From assembly GCF_004010195.1 (NCBI RefSeq), contig NC_057720.1, forward strand, positions 34,654,453 through 34,718,452: a stretch of DNA of 64,000 nucleotides, read 5' to 3'. The position numbers were made by a program, and so were the translations under genes. Source of the DNA: Chiloscyllium plagiosum (taxonomy: Eukaryota). Shown piece after piece: positions 60,321 to 64,000 of the stretch (the first letter of the stretch is position 1; every line of letters starts with the position of its first letter). The notes beneath the pieces were generated by a model. That model saw nothing but the letters and a program-made list of their open reading frames with translations, had not been told where the DNA came from and ran no database searches.

Positions 60321-62814
60321 AATCATTTTGCAGATTCACTTTACCTATGTGTTTTTGCAAACTGTGCAGAATTTGAATAGGACCTTGTTTAGGGTATATT
60401 GGACTCCATCTGCAAGGAGGAGGTTGGCACTGTGGGGAGGGGGTGTGGGTACATTTGGTTGCTTTCTGTAATGTGGAATTACAAATACAAGAGGAGATCT
60501 GAAAAAAGTTGCTCTTTTTAAAGAATGCAGATTATGGAGCACCACAATAGAAAACAATAAAAGGCTTGAAAAGAAAGTCTAGAGAGTTGTGAGCTGATAA
60601 TGAGAGGGGCACAGCGACAAAATTGGCTGTAAGAGATTTAGAATGGCATTCAGGAGAAATATCTTCTGGCAGAATGTTGTGAGGCTGTGGAATTCACTTC
60701 CAGAGATTAATGGCAAAAACATTAACTATGGACTGGTTTCAGTATAATCTGTTCAAACAATGGCAACTGAGCCCATTTAGTTGGGTGACTGCTGCCAGTT
60801 TCCTGGTGATGGGATAACATCTACAATTAAATGGGACAATGGAAGGGACTGATGTGCCATTTCCAGCTGGCATTACTGGGAGGTCAATGAAGTGCTGTAA
60901 TCTAATGGAGGCTCAGAGATTAAAGAGAGGCCACATGTGTGACCTACACCTTCAGTAGACCGCCCAAGAAGACTGTCAGCTTGGCCATTGGTCACCCAGG
61001 GTAGTTGGCTATTTGTTAGCAGGATCTTTGTGCTGAAGGGACCTGGCATTAAGGATGAAGGGTGCCAAGTGAAAGCCAGCATGCCCCACAATCTCCACAC
61101 CACTTACCTGTCTCTCACCCTCAATCACCCATGGCCTGGGGTTCCTCCATGATGCTGGGTCTCATGCATATGGGGCATTGTCAACAACCAGTGCTGCCAC
61201 CAGTGACAGTGATGAGCTGATGATGTCTGATGGGCTAGCAGCTCTTTGCAGAGGAGACTTCTGTCACCAGGAGCTTCAATCTGGAGAGGACCAATGGCAG
61301 CCAATTTTGTTCCATTGGGCCTCCACCCAGAGAACTGAGGGAGATGAGGGTCAAAGTCCTAACAGCAATTAACTGCAAACATCACTCCCTTGCTTGCTAT
61401 ATGTGCCTGACAAAGGACCTAACCATTGACAAACACAAAAGGTGTTTCTGGGCAGCTACTGTGGGAGGGGAATGACCCATTTGGCATGCAGTAAACTCAC
61501 TATTACTTTGCGGCAGGCTTATTAATAAATTTAATTGATATCCAAGAGAATAGGAATTCCACATAAGACCCCTCCACCATCTGCCATTGGGGTACTGATG
61601 TGGGACCTCGCCCATCGTTAAGTGAGCCGGCTGGCCTGTCTCCCATAAAACCCAACCTCACATTCAAGTTTAGAATCCAGGTGAATGAAGAAATAAAGAT
61701 TCAAGGGATATGGGATCAGGATGGGAACATGTGGTCAGAAGAATGTCTCATAAATTCTCATGGATTAAGTGGCTTGTTTTGCTTGTTTTATCCTCTATGT
61801 ATTTTGTCTGTACTCATTAGACAAATAAGGTAATGGAAACCATGCATTGCTTGAACAGTTGTCAGCTGCACTGCCACAGAGGGTCTTTGGACTAAGTTTA
61901 GTATTTGCTTTAATACAGGTGGAAAGCATGAACTGTCATCCCATTTAAGAAACAAAGTCATAACTATAAGCAGAGTAAACATTAATGCTGTTAAAAAAAT
62001 TGAACAAATGATATGAGCATAACAATCTAGCAGTTTGACACCAATGGTAGATGTAGTTGTTGGAATATAGAACAATTTAACGACCCATAAATATATGTAC
62101 TGACTGGTACTTATTAACCACATAGCACAGATGGTTGAAAGGCTAGGAGTTTAAATGGAACAGTTTTGAATAAATACCAATAGATAGCAACTGAATAACC
62201 TTTTAAAATTATTAATGTTTTAAAATGTTGGTTCATTATTAAGAAAGAGACATGTGTTGTAACATTGTTGCAAGCTGTAACATTAGCATGAAGAAATTAA
62301 CTTTGAAAGTTGAAGCAGCTAAATGAATTCCAATACTTGAGGTATTGTACAAAACGTTTGGACGGGTATTGGACCTGATGGCCTGTAAAGAACATTCAGC
62401 AGACCAAAATAAAGCTACCCGTGAAATCATTAATGCTCTCATTTTAATCCCCTGTTAAGGAAGTATCTCGAGGTTATTACTCAGTTTGTTGAGCTATTAT
62501 GATGTAAACATTTGATACAACAGATTGTCTTATATTTCTAGCTATATTCAGCATACATCCTTGTACATATAATTGGACTAGTTGACTTAAATATAATTTT
62601 TTAACCTAAACTAACCTTGTTAACATTTATATTTTTCTAAGTTGGCTGATGTGAACTTAAAATCTTAAATTCTGTAAGCTTCTCTTTGACAGTGTTGTTT
62701 TTGATTTAACAGAAGTGTCCATTCATTATATAACAACTAGCCCTACAGCCCAATGTCCACCCAAGATCCAAGTTGCTGCCACCTCAAAGTAGAAAAGACA
62801 ACTTCACAGAAATA

Positions 62815-63090
62815 GGAATGGTGCCAGAGGACTGAATGCTACACTGCACTCAAAAATAGGAGGGAGAACAACTTACCAATTGCTGACTCATCAGCTTATT
62901 GCCAATTTAGAGACAGCATTCTCGAAGAAGAAAATTTAATTGGCACATGCAAAATAATTAAAAATCAGATCCAATTTCTTAAAGACAAATCACGTTTCAC
63001 ACATGTCATTGAGTTGTTTGATGAGTTAACGTAAAGGGTTGAAAATGCCGTTTGTATATATAGACTTTCAACATGTTGTTTATATGGAAT
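62815..63090 (+). mobile_element. Very old CR1 RT fragment
   Basis: gtgccagaggactg (VPEDW-like), aaatcacgtttcacacatgtcattgagttgtttgatgag, tatatagactttcaa. Confidence 0.55.
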
Positions 63091-63894
63091 ATTTAAACTG
63101 TAGAACAAGTGGTTAAGTTGTCTTGCCATCTAAGATTAGCCCTAAAATTCTTGTTTCTGCATCTTCTTCGTGTATATATCAGCACCAAATATATTGTACT
63201 CTTTATAGTCTCAATTATTTTTACTTCTTCAAATGGATGTTATAATTAGCATTATATTCTAACTTGGAGTGAGGTATCAAACAGATTATATGAGCAATGT
63301 TGGAAAGATACGAGGGAATTTTAACACAACATTAATGTGTAGTAGATCCATATGTCAAACAATGAAAATGGTAAACACTCACATCCACACCATGCTACTG
63401 GTTTACTTTTCTACCTGGCGAATAAGTCAACTCCCATTTTCGGTTCTTCTGGGCAAGAAGTAGGGCTGTGGCATTGGCACATTATGCAGAGATGGGTTTA
63501 AGTATGAAGCCATAGTAGCAGGCCTTGAGCAACTACATGCTCTAGGTGCAGCTAACGCTATTCCATCATACCAAGAAAATCTGTAATAGATACAGTTTGT
63601 CACACCTACTCAAAGGTTGGCCAGCTTTTTTTGATAACTGTGAAGTGTTTGGCAACAAGGACATGTAGAAGCAGAAAATTTGATTCCAAACACTAAGCAA
63701 GACCTCAGAACAAAATACAGTTGACCAACAAGCTGGTACAAACCACCACACTGGCATGAAGGGAAGTGTTAAGAAGATACTCAAATGCAAGCACATCAAT
63801 AAGGTTCAGAATCAGGCAATTAAAAGACAAATTTCAGAATATTACTGAGCTTCCTGTATTGTTAGCTTCACACATTATGTTGATGTATAAGAAG

Positions 63895-64000
63895 ATCAGA
63901 GGTGGAACATGTATGGAATGAGCTGCCACAGGAAGTGGTGGAGGCTGGTACAATTGCAACATTTAAAAGGCATCTGGATGGGTATATGAAAAGGAAGGGT
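63895..64000 (+). mobile_element. CR1 3' fragment running off the right edge
   Basis: tggaatgagctgccacaggaagtggtggaggctggtacaattgcaacatttaaaaggcatctggatggg, similar to 2975-3060. Confidence 0.9.

Noticed and set aside
60760..61660. GC-richer block as a possible exon or MITE
   Set aside because: Probably an old repeat, but I could not verify terminal repeats, a reading frame or a second copy.

Overview
Eukaryotic, repeat-rich vertebrate DNA. The mix of CR1 LINEs, HE1-like V-SINEs, Deu-type SINEs and abundant Penelope-like elements points to a cartilaginous fish such as a shark (inference, no database search). I recognise no host protein-coding gene. The window reads as intronic or intergenic sequence with a few weak exon candidates, and the long ORFs I can interpret are transposon remnants, antisense shadows of them, or run through two assembly gaps (5243-5742, 37533-37884). 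The most notable system is about four families of Penelope-like elements and their non-coding, often palindromic derivatives. They carry a minimal hammerhead-ribozyme core (CTGAnGA-stemII-GAAA-nnTH) whose stem II differs between families but stays paired. Other notable items: a 5'-inverted CR1 at the window start, a 5'-inverted Penelope copy, a 280-bp inverted copy of local sequence inserted into an old LINE, a tRNA-headed SINE whose body and tail match the 5' end and 3' tail of an ORF1-less CR1-clade LINE in the same window, a Rex1 remnant and a Gypsy pol remnant. Repeat boundaries were read by eye and are approximate.
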